Positions 1-8,721 of a stretch of 64,000 nt of DNA are shown in pieces. Each line of letters starts with the position of its first letter. Within the stretch, counting starts at the first letter, position 1. The notes beneath the pieces were generated by a model. That model saw nothing but the letters and a program-made list of their open reading frames with translations, was not told the DNA's origin and did not search any database. The stretch is taken from positions 639 through 64,638 of the forward strand of contig JAGTRS010000017.1 in the NCBI GenBank assembly GCA_018262195.1, written 5' to 3'. Origin of the DNA: Pseudomonadota bacterium (GTDB lineage: Bacteria > Pseudomonadota > Gammaproteobacteria > Burkholderiales > Rhodocyclaceae). The position numbers and the translations under genes were made by a program.

Positions 1-41
1 CCGTGGTTGCTGAGGTCTCCGACGCGGGCTGCTGCAGGCAT
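1..41 (-). CDS. PAAR spike-tip protein, 5' end only (runs off window)
   Basis: ATG at 41-39 reads MPAAARVGDLSNH..., a typical PAAR N-terminus, directly downstream of the VgrG-like gene; not in the ORF track. Confidence 0.8.
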   Translation of the reverse strand, partial: MPAAARVGDLSNH

Positions 42-60
42 GGTGCTTTCCTTTCCCGAC

Positions 61-1785
61 CTAGTTGATCTGAACCATGGCACCGGACAACTTGGCCATG
101 CCGCCGCCCTTGAGTTCGGCGCTGCCGCTGCCCTCAAGCTTCAGTTCGCCACCGGCCTTGATCTCGAAACTGGCCGTCGCTTCCATCTTGGTTTCCGTCC
201 CGGCCTTCATTTCGACCGCCTTGGCGCTCTCGAAATGGATGCCGTCGCTGTCCATCGTGATCTTGTTGCCGTTCTGGTCGGCCAGCGTCAGCGACTGTTC
301 GTCCTCGTTGAGCACAATCGAATTGCCGGCCGGAGTGGACAAGGTCATCACGATCTTGTCGTCGTCGAAATGCACGGTCATGCCGGAACGGGTCTTCAGC
401 ATCTTTTCGTGGTTGTCGTCACTGCCTTCCAGCGGCGCCGGCTTGGCACTGCTGTGCAGCATGCCGAGGATGACCGGATGGCGCGGATCGTCGGCCAGGA
501 AACCGACCGTCACTTCGTCACCGATTTCGGGGCGGAAGAAGAAGCCGCGGTCGTCGCCGGCATCAAGACTCGCCACCCGCGCCCACAGGCCGTCGCTGGC
601 CAGACCGAGGAGCGGCAGTTTGACGCGGACGCGATGTTCGCCATCCGGGTCTTCGTTGCTGGTGACGACACCTATTTGCAGGCCCGATACGCCGGGCAGC
701 AAGCCATCGGCCTTCGATTTTCCGGGCGCCTCAAGATCAACACCACCGAACTGCACATGCGTCTTCCAGCCCTGAACCAGACTGAATTCATGGCGCACGC
801 CGGTGACCAGCACCTTGCCGTTGAAGCGCCGGCCAAGACCGGCCAGTTCGACGACCACGCCGGGTTTGACCGTGGCGATGCCCTCGCACTTGCCGCGACC
901 GGAGACCTGATCGACCCGGCGATAGAGCGCGAGGCCGTCGACCCAGGCCTGCGTTTCGGCTTCCGGCAGCCCGGGGTGGCGCACATCGAAAGCCTGATCG
1001 GCGACACCGGCCAGATCGTTGCTGCTCAGGTTGCCGGGTGGCGTAAAGGACGGCGTTGCCGCCTGAACCTCGACGGCCTCCTGGCTCGCCGCATCCCAGC
1101 TCGTTCCCTTGTATTCACCGTGCTGCAGACGGGCGTCGATTTCGCCTTCGAATTCGAGCAGCGTCGCGCCGTACTGCAGTGTGCAGACCGTGGCGCCAGT
1201 CAGCGCCGGTTTGCGGACCACCACCTTGTCGCCCTCGCACCAGACCAGGTGGCCATTGGCCCGCGCCCGGGCAAGGATGAAATCCCAGTCCGTGCTCTGA
1301 TACTGCAGCACCTGCTTGTGCGACAGCGTGGTCGCTTCGACATCGGTTCCGACGCCGGCCGCGCTGAGCACGGCTTCGATGATGTCGCTGTCGGTCTTGT
1401 CGAAATGGTCGGTCGAACGCTCGGTGACGGCCAGTTTCATGGCTGCGTGTTTGCAATCGACGACCAGTTGCGAGGCGGCCGCTTCCCGCACCCGCGCGCC
1501 CTGGCGAACGACCGTGCCAATGAACACCGAAGTGCTGTCGCGCCCGGCCCCGGCCATGATCTCGATGCTTTGCCCCGGCATGAACAGGTCACCGTCGCTG
1601 AGCGGGAACTGCCCGGTCGACGCAGCGCCATCGACATAGACCAGCCGGGCCGAGGCGATTTTATTGGCCGCGACCGTGACGCTGACCGAAAGCAACTGAT
1701 GCTCGCGCGGCACCGCCTGGCCACCGGCCTTGACGGTGAATTCGCGATGTTCGGCGGCGATGGGCAGGGCGCGGGTTTCCGGCAC
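61..1785 (-). CDS. eCIS spike protein (VgrG/Afp8-like)
   Basis: QYQSTDWDFILARA (gp27-like), WARVASLDAG...FFRPEIGDEVTVGFLADDPRHPVILG (gp5 OB-fold), C-terminal beta-helix-like repeats; GTG start. Confidence 0.9.
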   Translation of the reverse strand: MPETRALPIAAEHREFTVKAGGQAVPREHQLLSVSVTVAANKIASARLVYVDGAASTGQFPLSDGDLFMPGQSIEIMAGAGRDSTSVFIGTVVRQGARVREAAASQLVVDCKHAAMKLAVTERSTDHFDKTDSDIIEAVLSAAGVGTDVEATTLSHKQVLQYQSTDWDFILARARANGHLVWCEGDKVVVRKPALTGATVCTLQYGATLLEFEGEIDARLQHGEYKGTSWDAASQEAVEVQAATPSFTPPGNLSSNDLAGVADQAFDVRHPGLPEAETQAWVDGLALYRRVDQVSGRGKCEGIATVKPGVVVELAGLGRRFNGKVLVTGVRHEFSLVQGWKTHVQFGGVDLEAPGKSKADGLLPGVSGLQIGVVTSNEDPDGEHRVRVKLPLLGLASDGLWARVASLDAGDDRGFFFRPEIGDEVTVGFLADDPRHPVILGMLHSSAKPAPLEGSDDNHEKMLKTRSGMTVHFDDDKIVMTLSTPAGNSIVLNEDEQSLTLADQNGNKITMDSDGIHFESAKAVEMKAGTETKMEATASFEIKAGGELKLEGSGSAELKGGGMAKLSGAMVQIN

Positions 1786-1788
1786 GGT

Positions 1789-2535
1789 CTATTTCTCCAG
1801 TGGCGGAAAGAAGAGCTCGGTGCCCGGCTCGATGTGCCGGAAATCGTCGAGCCCGTTGGCTTCGGCGACGCGCAGGTAGAGCCGCGGGTCGCCGTAGATG
1901 GCATTGCACAGCGCCGGCAGCCGGTCGCCAGCCTTGAAGATGCGTCGATGCGTCAGGTCCGGCGACTGGTCCTGCGCGGTGGCGACACGCGTCTGGTCGT
2001 CGGAATTGTCGGTGAAGACGGCGGTGATCACGGCACGCAGCGGCACGCCATCGGCCCGGAACAGCTTGTAGGCGATCGAGGCGCTCTTCAGCACGCAGCG
2101 CTTGACCTGCAGCGTGCCCCAGACGACTTTCAGGTAATTCGGGCGGTGGATGTCGCCGTTGTAGCCGGTCACTTTCTGGAACTGCTCGACCTCGGCCTGG
2201 ACCTCGGCCTGGCGGCCATTGGCACCCGTGCCGTCGATGAAGAAGGTCAGAGTCAGGTCGCCCGGCTTGACCTTCTTGAATTCCATCCGGCTGCTGGTCG
2301 TCCCGGAACCTTGCGCGGCGTCGTACTCGATTTCGTAGGACTGCGTGATTTCGGCCGGATTGACGTAGGCAGCAAAGTGGGCAATTGACTGGTCGCTGTA
2401 GTCCGGCTGGGCGTGCGCCAGGATGGTCAGCTTTTCCAGCGCCCCGTTCGGGGTGCCGCCGATGTCGATCTGGCCCATGCCGGCACCACCGATCACCTGC
2501 CCTGCGCCCATGCCTGATGCGGGCCCGAAACTCAT
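1789..2535 (-). CDS. eCIS tube initiator with C-terminal LysM-like domain (Afp7-like)
   Basis: LEKLTI...VNPAEI, VVWGTL...FRADGVPLRA and C-terminal GDRLPALCNAIYGDPRLYLRVAEANGL; start reassigned to ATG 2535 just after the plug gene stop. Confidence 0.85.
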   Translation of the reverse strand: MSFGPASGMGAGQVIGGAGMGQIDIGGTPNGALEKLTILAHAQPDYSDQSIAHFAAYVNPAEITQSYEIEYDAAQGSGTTSSRMEFKKVKPGDLTLTFFIDGTGANGRQAEVQAEVEQFQKVTGYNGDIHRPNYLKVVWGTLQVKRCVLKSASIAYKLFRADGVPLRAVITAVFTDNSDDQTRVATAQDQSPDLTHRRIFKAGDRLPALCNAIYGDPRLYLRVAEANGLDDFRHIEPGTELFFPPLEK

Positions 2536-2536
2536 C

Positions 2537-2704
2537 TCATGGCTCCTCGCGCTCGCGCAGGATTTCCAGCACGCGGGCGACGCATTCCTCGACCAGCGCC
2601 TGCTTGTCGTCGGCTGATGCAGCGCCCGAACCGGACGTGCTGCCGCCAGCCTCGCCATTGCCGACTTCGACGGAAATCACCACTTCATCGACGATGATAG
2701 GCAT
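2537..2704 (-). CDS. eCIS plug protein (Afp6/DUF5908-like), 55 aa
   Basis: Hand translation MPIIVDEVVISVEV...KQALVEECVARVLEILREREEP, lying between the tube and LysM genes; below the ORF-track cutoff. Confidence 0.8.
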   Translation of the reverse strand: MPIIVDEVVISVEVGNGEAGGSTSGSGAASADDKQALVEECVARVLEILREREEP

Positions 2705-2718
2705 TTCGTTTCTGGCTC

Positions 2719-3162
2719 CTAATTCTTGTCGACCGTGAAGTACTGGTAGGCCAGCTGCATCGACTCGACGGCATAGGTGTTGTTGCTGGCATTGAGGTCA
2801 CCGACTGCCCACTTGGTCGGCCAGGCGCCGATGACATGCCAGGTCATCAGGGGCTCATGCGCCTCGTTGAGCAGGATGATGTCGACGTTGCGCAGCTCGA
2901 TCTTGTAATCGACGATGCAGTCGCGTATCCAGTTCCAGACCGCCGAGCTTTTCAGCAGGCCGCGCTTGAGCACCAGTTCCGGGTATTTGGCCCGGGTCGG
3001 GTACTTCTGCACGAAGCGGTTTTCGCCGCCCTCCGGCACCTCCTCGCTGCCCATCTCGACCGACAGCCCGCCGACCTCGGTAAAGCGCGTGTCGGCGTGA
3101 TCGGACATGCCGACAAAGGCCACCGAGAAGTGGAAGCCGACCGGCGGGTAGTAGGAGGCCAT
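2719..3162 (-). CDS. T4 gp19-like tail tube protein (Afp5-like)
   Basis: YYPPVGFHF...FTEVGGL...EGGENRF...LVLKRGL...AWPTKW. Confidence 0.9.
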   Translation of the reverse strand: MASYYPPVGFHFSVAFVGMSDHADTRFTEVGGLSVEMGSEEVPEGGENRFVQKYPTRAKYPELVLKRGLLKSSAVWNWIRDCIVDYKIELRNVDIILLNEAHEPLMTWHVIGAWPTKWAVGDLNASNNTYAVESMQLAYQYFTVDKN

Positions 3163-3182
3163 GGCGGTCTGCGCTCAGTCGA

Positions 3183-3623
3183 TCAGGTGTTCTCGACCGT
3201 CAGCCCTTCGTGGGCCAGTTCGATGGTCTCGATCGCCACTTCGTTGCCGGCCGCCTTGAGCTGCGGCCCTTCGACCTTGACCGGGAAGGCGCGATTCACT
3301 TTCCAGGTCATCACCGGGTTGTGCGCTTCGTCGAGCAGGCTGATCGTCAGGTCACGGCGTTCGACGGTGTTCATCGTGACTGTCGACAGCCACTTGAAGA
3401 AGTCGTTGTCGGACTTGATGACGCCGCGCTTCAGCGTGATGTTGCTGTACTTGCGCAGGCCGGGCATCTTGATCGACGAATACTCCGGGAAACTGCCGTC
3501 GCGGTATTCGATGGCCTGGACTTCCTGGGTCAGGCCGGAGACTTCCGAGAAACCGATGCGGGTGCCGCCCCACTCGACACGGAAGTGGAAGACCGGCAGC
3601 GGATATTGGGCTTGTGCGGGCAT
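3183..3623 (-). CDS. T4 gp19-like major tail tube protein (Afp1-like)
   Basis: YPLPVFHFRVEWGG...FSEVSGL...KMPGLRKYSNITLKRG...AFPVK...IETIELAHEG. Confidence 0.92.
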   Translation of the reverse strand: MPAQAQYPLPVFHFRVEWGGTRIGFSEVSGLTQEVQAIEYRDGSFPEYSSIKMPGLRKYSNITLKRGVIKSDNDFFKWLSTVTMNTVERRDLTISLLDEAHNPVMTWKVNRAFPVKVEGPQLKAAGNEVAIETIELAHEGLTVENT

Positions 3624-3653
3624 GGTGAATGTCCTTTCGCGTCAGGGTTCGAA

Positions 3654-5603
3654 TCAGCTGGTTTGCAGCTTGTGGGAGAACTTCAGGATGATGAATTCGG
3701 CCGGCCGGACGACCGCCATGCCGATCTCGACATTCATCCGCCCTTCCAGGATGTCCTGCGCGCTCATCGTGACGCCCAGTCCGCAACGGACGAAGAAGGC
3801 ATCCTTCGGTGCCGCGCCAGCCAGCGCCCCTTCGCGCCACTTCTGCGTCAGGTAGTTCTCGATCATGCCGCGGACCTTGACCCAGGTATTGGCATCGTTC
3901 GGCTCGAAGACAGCCCAGTAGGTCGATTTCTTGATCGATTCCTCGACCATGTTGAAGAAGCGACGCACCGAGATGTAACGCCATTCGTTGTCGTTGCCGG
4001 CCAGCGTGCGGGCACCCCAGACCAGCGTCCCCTTGCCGACGAAGGCGCGGATGGCGTTGATCGACTTGCCGCCGGTGGCATCGACATTCAGCGCATCGGT
4101 TTCGCTGGTGGTGAAGCTGCTGGCCGGGGCGATGACGCCGTTCAGGCTGACATTGGCCGGGGACTTCCAGACGCCGCGCTGATTGTCGACCAGGGCATAG
4201 ATGCCGGCGATGGCACCGCTCGGCGGGCACAGTGTCAGCGTCGAGCCGATGCCGTTGATCACGTTGCGGTAGGGCAGGAAGTTCTCGAACAGCGTCTGCT
4301 CATTGAGGCCGCGATAGTTGGCGATCGCCGTGACGATGCCGGCAATGGCGCCGCTGGCCGCGGAAAAGCCTTTTTGCAGCCCGGGCAAGGCGCTGTCCAT
4401 CACGTCCTTGACCGTCGCGCCGGCGGTATTGCCGCTCGACGCCGCCGGAGCGCTGGCGCCGAAGATGGCGCCCCAGGCGGCGGTGGCCGGCGGGGTGTTC
4501 TGGTCCCATTCGACGGTATAGGCGCCGCCGGCGGTGACGATATCGGCCGCCATTTCCTTTTCCAGCGCGATCAGGCTGGAGAAGGCGGGGGCCAGCGTGC
4601 CGGCGATCATGGTGTTGATGTCGGTGACCAGTTTGGCGTTGCTCAGCGGGCTGGCATCGACGAAGCCATCGACGACCTTGGCAATGCCGAAAACGTATTC
4701 GAAGAGCAGTGCAGCATCGGCCGGTACCGGCGCAGCCTTGCCCTTGTAGACGGCCAGTTTCTTGGCGAAAGCGCTGCTCAGCGTTTCACCGGGCCCGGCA
4801 TAGGCACTGACGGCAGCGGCCAGCGCCGTGCTGTCGGCGGTCAGTTCCTCGAGCGCGGTCAGGGCGGCGAGCAATTGCGGTTCGGCGGTCAGATCCTTGA
4901 GCGGCACCTGAATACCGTTCTTGAAAATCTTGTCCTTGACCTGCGCGTAGCCAACCGACTTGTTGTAGTTGAGCTTCAGCCAGGGGGTGTAGGCCGCGCC
5001 GTATTTCAGGTTGTTGATGCCGATCTTGTCGCGGAAGCTGGCACCGTTCGGGTCGCTCTGGCGCAGGTCGAGCACCGCCACGCGGTCCTTCAGTTCGCCG
5101 CACTGCTTCAATGCTTCCTGCTGGACGGCAGCGAGATCGTCGGCGCCCAGTGTCGCGGCATCGGGGAAGAGCAGTATGGTCGGCTCATCCACCTTGGCTA
5201 CGGCCTGCACGCCGGTCTTGATCTCGTCGCGCAAGACCGGCGAACCGCTGGTCTTGTAAGCGCCGACCGAAACGATGTAGCAGTCGCCGCCACCGTTGTC
5301 GTAGAACAGCCGCAGGCTGTCGTACATGAAATAGCTGTTGCTGATGTCGGCGGTCAGGAAGTTGCCGGCTTCGTCGATATTGGCGGCCGTCACGGTATAG
5401 CTCGGACCCTTGCCGTAATAGGCCTCGAATTCGAGCAGGGACTTGATGCGGCGCGGCACATTGAGCAGATCGCTGGCGGAGATCAGCGTGGTGTTGGCGG
5501 TGTAGCCGACAAAGGCCGGAATCGCAGTTTCCACCTCGGCGACCGAGGGCGGGAAGACCGAAATTTCCTCAATGTAAACATCCGGAGTACGGTAGGTTGG
5601 CAT
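3654..5603 (-). CDS. Contractile tail sheath protein
   Basis: TPDVYIEEIS N-terminus; PPSGAIAG, RGVWKSPAN, WGARTL, RYISVRR, VFEPND, VRPAEFI sheath motifs. Confidence 0.95.
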   Translation of the reverse strand: MPTYRTPDVYIEEISVFPPSVAEVETAIPAFVGYTANTTLISASDLLNVPRRIKSLLEFEAYYGKGPSYTVTAANIDEAGNFLTADISNSYFMYDSLRLFYDNGGGDCYIVSVGAYKTSGSPVLRDEIKTGVQAVAKVDEPTILLFPDAATLGADDLAAVQQEALKQCGELKDRVAVLDLRQSDPNGASFRDKIGINNLKYGAAYTPWLKLNYNKSVGYAQVKDKIFKNGIQVPLKDLTAEPQLLAALTALEELTADSTALAAAVSAYAGPGETLSSAFAKKLAVYKGKAAPVPADAALLFEYVFGIAKVVDGFVDASPLSNAKLVTDINTMIAGTLAPAFSSLIALEKEMAADIVTAGGAYTVEWDQNTPPATAAWGAIFGASAPAASSGNTAGATVKDVMDSALPGLQKGFSAASGAIAGIVTAIANYRGLNEQTLFENFLPYRNVINGIGSTLTLCPPSGAIAGIYALVDNQRGVWKSPANVSLNGVIAPASSFTTSETDALNVDATGGKSINAIRAFVGKGTLVWGARTLAGNDNEWRYISVRRFFNMVEESIKKSTYWAVFEPNDANTWVKVRGMIENYLTQKWREGALAGAAPKDAFFVRCGLGVTMSAQDILEGRMNVEIGMAVVRPAEFIILKFSHKLQTS

Positions 5604-5617
5604 GGACTGACCCCCTT

Positions 5618-6616
5618 CTAAGGTTTGGCGAGGTGGACGATGAAACGCGCCTGCGCCCGGTCGGAACCGGCCTGGGGCAGATGCTGGACGAGAACTTCGG
5701 CATTGCGCCTCAGTTGCAGCTTGCGATAGCCGCCGGCCCGCCGGGCGACCGGCTGCTGCGACTGGAAGAGCACGATGCGGGTGCCGGCATCACCCAACAC
5801 GGAAGCCGGCAGATCGTTGTCAGTGAAATTGTCGGTGGTGATCCTGTCGAAACTGAGCGCGGTCCGCCCCTGTTCGCCAGCGCCGGCATCGGCCAGCTGC
5901 AACTGACCGAATTCGGCAGCGCCGAAATTGCGCGCCACGACGTAATACTGGAGCTGCTCGCTGCGGGCCTGCAGCGCGATGCGGAAAACCGGCGGATTGG
6001 CGTAGAAGCCACGATCCACCGTCAAGGCCAGAACACCCCACAAAGCTTCGCCGGCCAGCGCTGGCGAGTGCAGCCAGTGCGAGGTCTGCGCCGGGCCAGC
6101 GGCCGTTTCAAGCAAGGCATATCGCCCCGTCGGCCAGTCGCGGGTTTCGAAGGCGGCCTCGTCCTGCCCGGCGCTCAGCGTCTGCCCGACCAGCGGGGCG
6201 CCAGCGTACTGCCAGCTCAGGGTCAGCGGCCGACCGGCCTGAACCGGTGCGACACGCTGGCGCGGCGCGATGAATGCTGCCGGCAGGGCCGGATCGAAAC
6301 TGCGCGGGGCGTTCTGGTTGCCATAAAGGACCAGCCCACCGGAACCGACCGGCGCTTCGGTGAAATTGGCGAAGTAGGGATTGACCACGCGCAGGCCGAT
6401 CAGCAGGGTCGTGCCATGAATATCGCGCAGGGCGTTGCCTACATCATCGGCCTCGAACAGCACGCGCAGGCGGCCGTCCCGTACCCGCGTCAGCAGCTTG
6501 CCGGCAGCCAGTGCCTGCTCTGCGCCCGGCACGACGAAATCGATGTCGGCACAAAGCCCCCGGTAGTAGCCGTGCTCGACTTCGACTTCGAAAAGGGTGC
6601 GGAAGTGGATGCTCAT
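5618..6616 (-). CDS. eCIS-associated protein, positional candidate for a cap adaptor
   Basis: 332 aa; overlaps the cap gene by 4 nt and lies between cap and sheath; LFEVEVEHGYY N-terminus; function inferred from position only. Confidence 0.6.
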   Translation of the reverse strand: MSIHFRTLFEVEVEHGYYRGLCADIDFVVPGAEQALAAGKLLTRVRDGRLRVLFEADDVGNALRDIHGTTLLIGLRVVNPYFANFTEAPVGSGGLVLYGNQNAPRSFDPALPAAFIAPRQRVAPVQAGRPLTLSWQYAGAPLVGQTLSAGQDEAAFETRDWPTGRYALLETAAGPAQTSHWLHSPALAGEALWGVLALTVDRGFYANPPVFRIALQARSEQLQYYVVARNFGAAEFGQLQLADAGAGEQGRTALSFDRITTDNFTDNDLPASVLGDAGTRIVLFQSQQPVARRAGGYRKLQLRRNAEVLVQHLPQAGSDRAQARFIVHLAKP

Positions 6617-7185
6617 TTTTCGTGCAGCTCCAGCCCGATGTCGGTAATCGGAGCGCCCGGCATGAAAGGCTCCTGATCCTGGATGGTGACCAGCCGCGCC
6701 CGGTAGAGCACCGAGGGCTGGTACTTGGCACCGACGCTGGCCCAGATCTGGTTCAGGGTTTCCGGCGTCACGCTGTACAGCTCCATGACGATCTTGCCGA
6801 TGCGCGAATCGAGTGCCGGGTAATCGTCGGCGGTGAATGCCGGGTGCGACTGGAAGAAGGTCAGCACGTTGGACAGGGCCTTCAGCGTCAGCGGGTAGTC
6901 GTTCATCCGGGCCGCGAAAAGCAGCGTCAGGTTCAGCTTAAGTTCCGGCTGCAGCACCATCTCGCGACCATTGCGCATGATCCTGGCCGGCACCTGCTCG
7001 CGCAGCACGCGCTCTTCCTCGATATTGACCACACTCAGCGCCACGGTGCCGCTGGCGATGGCCAGATTGCCTTTTTCATCGAGGATGCCGCCCGGCACGA
7101 CCTGGCCTAACGAAGCCGAACCCGTCCGGCGCAGCAGGTAGGCATTGAATTGATCCGCCAGGAAGGTCACCGCCACATCCAGCAT
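6613..7185 (-). CDS. eCIS cap/tail terminator (DUF4255/Pvc16-like)
   Basis: LSVVNIEEER...P.L.LNLTLLF...LNQIWASVGAKYQPSVLYRARLV; start reassigned to ATG 7185 with an upstream GAGG. Confidence 0.85.
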   Translation of the reverse strand: MLDVAVTFLADQFNAYLLRRTGSASLGQVVPGGILDEKGNLAIASGTVALSVVNIEEERVLREQVPARIMRNGREMVLQPELKLNLTLLFAARMNDYPLTLKALSNVLTFFQSHPAFTADDYPALDSRIGKIVMELYSVTPETLNQIWASVGAKYQPSVLYRARLVTIQDQEPFMPGAPITDIGLELHEK

Positions 7186-7851
7186 GCCGCCTCTTTCATT
7201 GATCTGAACCAAGGGCCGACGGTCTGAAAACAGTACGCCAGCACAGTGTCGAAACAAACTTCTGATTTGCGTCGCAGAAACGTAAATTTGAGTAAAGCAC
7301 AGGAAATAATTTTTGTCACCGAGATTTTCAATATGCATAATTTCTGATGTACTGCAGAAATTATGCATCACAAAACTGATAAATTTAACAGCGCCAATTG
7401 AAACGATTGTTTTCTTCGAAGCCGATCGATAAAGTATTTTTATCCGCAATTTGTCGGATTTTGGCGACACATGACAAAAATAAACTTTCTCGACAGCTTC
7501 GCTTGAACTAAACACAAAGATGACATGTCAATAGTAGAATGTGCACCAGAAAAATCCGGTTTCGCTTCAACAAGACAGATCGAAACAATGTTTCGTCAGC
7601 AGCCAGAAAACACAGCACAATGTCCTGAAAGGTGAGTCATGCAGCCTGCTTTTCGCACAGCCATGCAACATGGAATCGCCCGGACAAGAAGCTTCGACGA
7701 CCTCCGCTGCAGGCCGGATAGAACCCTTGATCAGCCCTCTCCTGCCAACAAGCCGAATACCCGGCCGACCGGCAATATCGTTCCCGTTTCGTTGCCGCCA
7801 GCCTGCCGGCAATCCTGCCGCACCAATAACTGAACCGTAAGGAGACCCACC
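7186..7851. promoter_or_regulatory. AT-rich divergent promoter region between the eCIS and the caspase operon
   Basis: Visibly AT-rich non-coding DNA between head-to-head genes; palindromes at 7333-7368 and 7581-7595. Confidence 0.65.
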
Positions 7852-8685
7852 ATGGCGAAAAAAGCCCTATGCATCGGCATCAACAACTATCCCGGCACCC
7901 ACATGGACCTGCAGGGTTGCGTCAATGACGCCAACGACTGGGCCGGCGTACTGGCAGAGCGCGGCTTCAAGGTCAGCAAGCTGCTTGACGATCAGGCGAC
8001 CAAGGCAGCGATGATGGATGCCATGGCGACGCTGATCGGCAAGGGCGCCAAGGGCGACACGCTGGTCATCACCTTCTCCGGCCACGGCACCTACCAGCCG
8101 GACACTGATGGCGACGAAGCCGACGGCCTCGACGAAGCGCTCTGCCCCTACGATCTGCAGACCAAGGGCGAGGCCCTGACCGACGACGAAATCCGCGAGC
8201 TGTTCCTGGCCCGCAAGGCTGGTGTGCGCATCGTGCTGCTTTCCGACAGTTGCCATTCCGGCACCGTGACCCGTGCCGCCAAAGCTGAAAAGGACGCCGA
8301 CACCCGGCCGCGTTTCATGCCGATGGGCAACTGGCTGCCGGAAAAGCTGCTGCCGAAGAACCGGGCCGGCAAGGTGGCGACAACCATGGTCGGCGCAACT
8401 GGAGCCACGCCCTTTTTCGGCGCCTATTCGAACAAGCTCGGCGACCTGCTGATTTCCGGCTGCAAGGAAGGGCCTAACAACTTCAGCTACGACGCCAAAA
8501 TCAAGGGCCGCTATAACGGCGCCTTTACCTATTACGCGCTGAAAGCCCTCGGCAGCATGAAGGAAGGCGCCACCTACGCCGACTGGCACAAGGCCATCGC
8601 CAAATACCTGCCCTCAGCCAGCTACCCACAGGCACCACAGATCGTCGGCAGCGCCGGCGCACGCAAGGGCAAGATTTTCGAATAA
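7852..8685 (+). CDS. Metacaspase (peptidase C14)
   Basis: ALCIGINNY, LQGCVNDA, FSGHG (His), DEALCPYD, DSCHSG (Cys), GAFTYY, QAPQ; AAGGAG RBS. Confidence 0.93.
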   Translation: MAKKALCIGINNYPGTHMDLQGCVNDANDWAGVLAERGFKVSKLLDDQATKAAMMDAMATLIGKGAKGDTLVITFSGHGTYQPDTDGDEADGLDEALCPYDLQTKGEALTDDEIRELFLARKAGVRIVLLSDSCHSGTVTRAAKAEKDADTRPRFMPMGNWLPEKLLPKNRAGKVATTMVGATGATPFFGAYSNKLGDLLISGCKEGPNNFSYDAKIKGRYNGAFTYYALKALGSMKEGATYADWHKAIAKYLPSASYPQAPQIVGSAGARKGKIFE

Positions 8686-8721
8686 GCTGTTTGCAGCCAC
8701 CGACCCAACGAGGAGACTCGC

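Noticed and set aside
7-5621. Long plus-strand ORFs 7..2388 (793 aa) and 3210..5621 (803 aa)
   Set aside because: Antisense shadows of motif-rich eCIS genes; expected from high-GC codon bias and lacking recognisable motifs
1-7185. Prophage or T6SS interpretation of the tail genes
   Set aside because: No capsid, terminase, integrase or TssJLM/TssBC/ClpV seen; single-gene sheath, gp19 tubes, DUF4255 and plug fit eCIS
7186-7515. 110-aa N-terminal extension of the DUF4255 ORF
   Set aside because: Runs through AT-rich promoter DNA; family similarity and RBS start at ATG 7185
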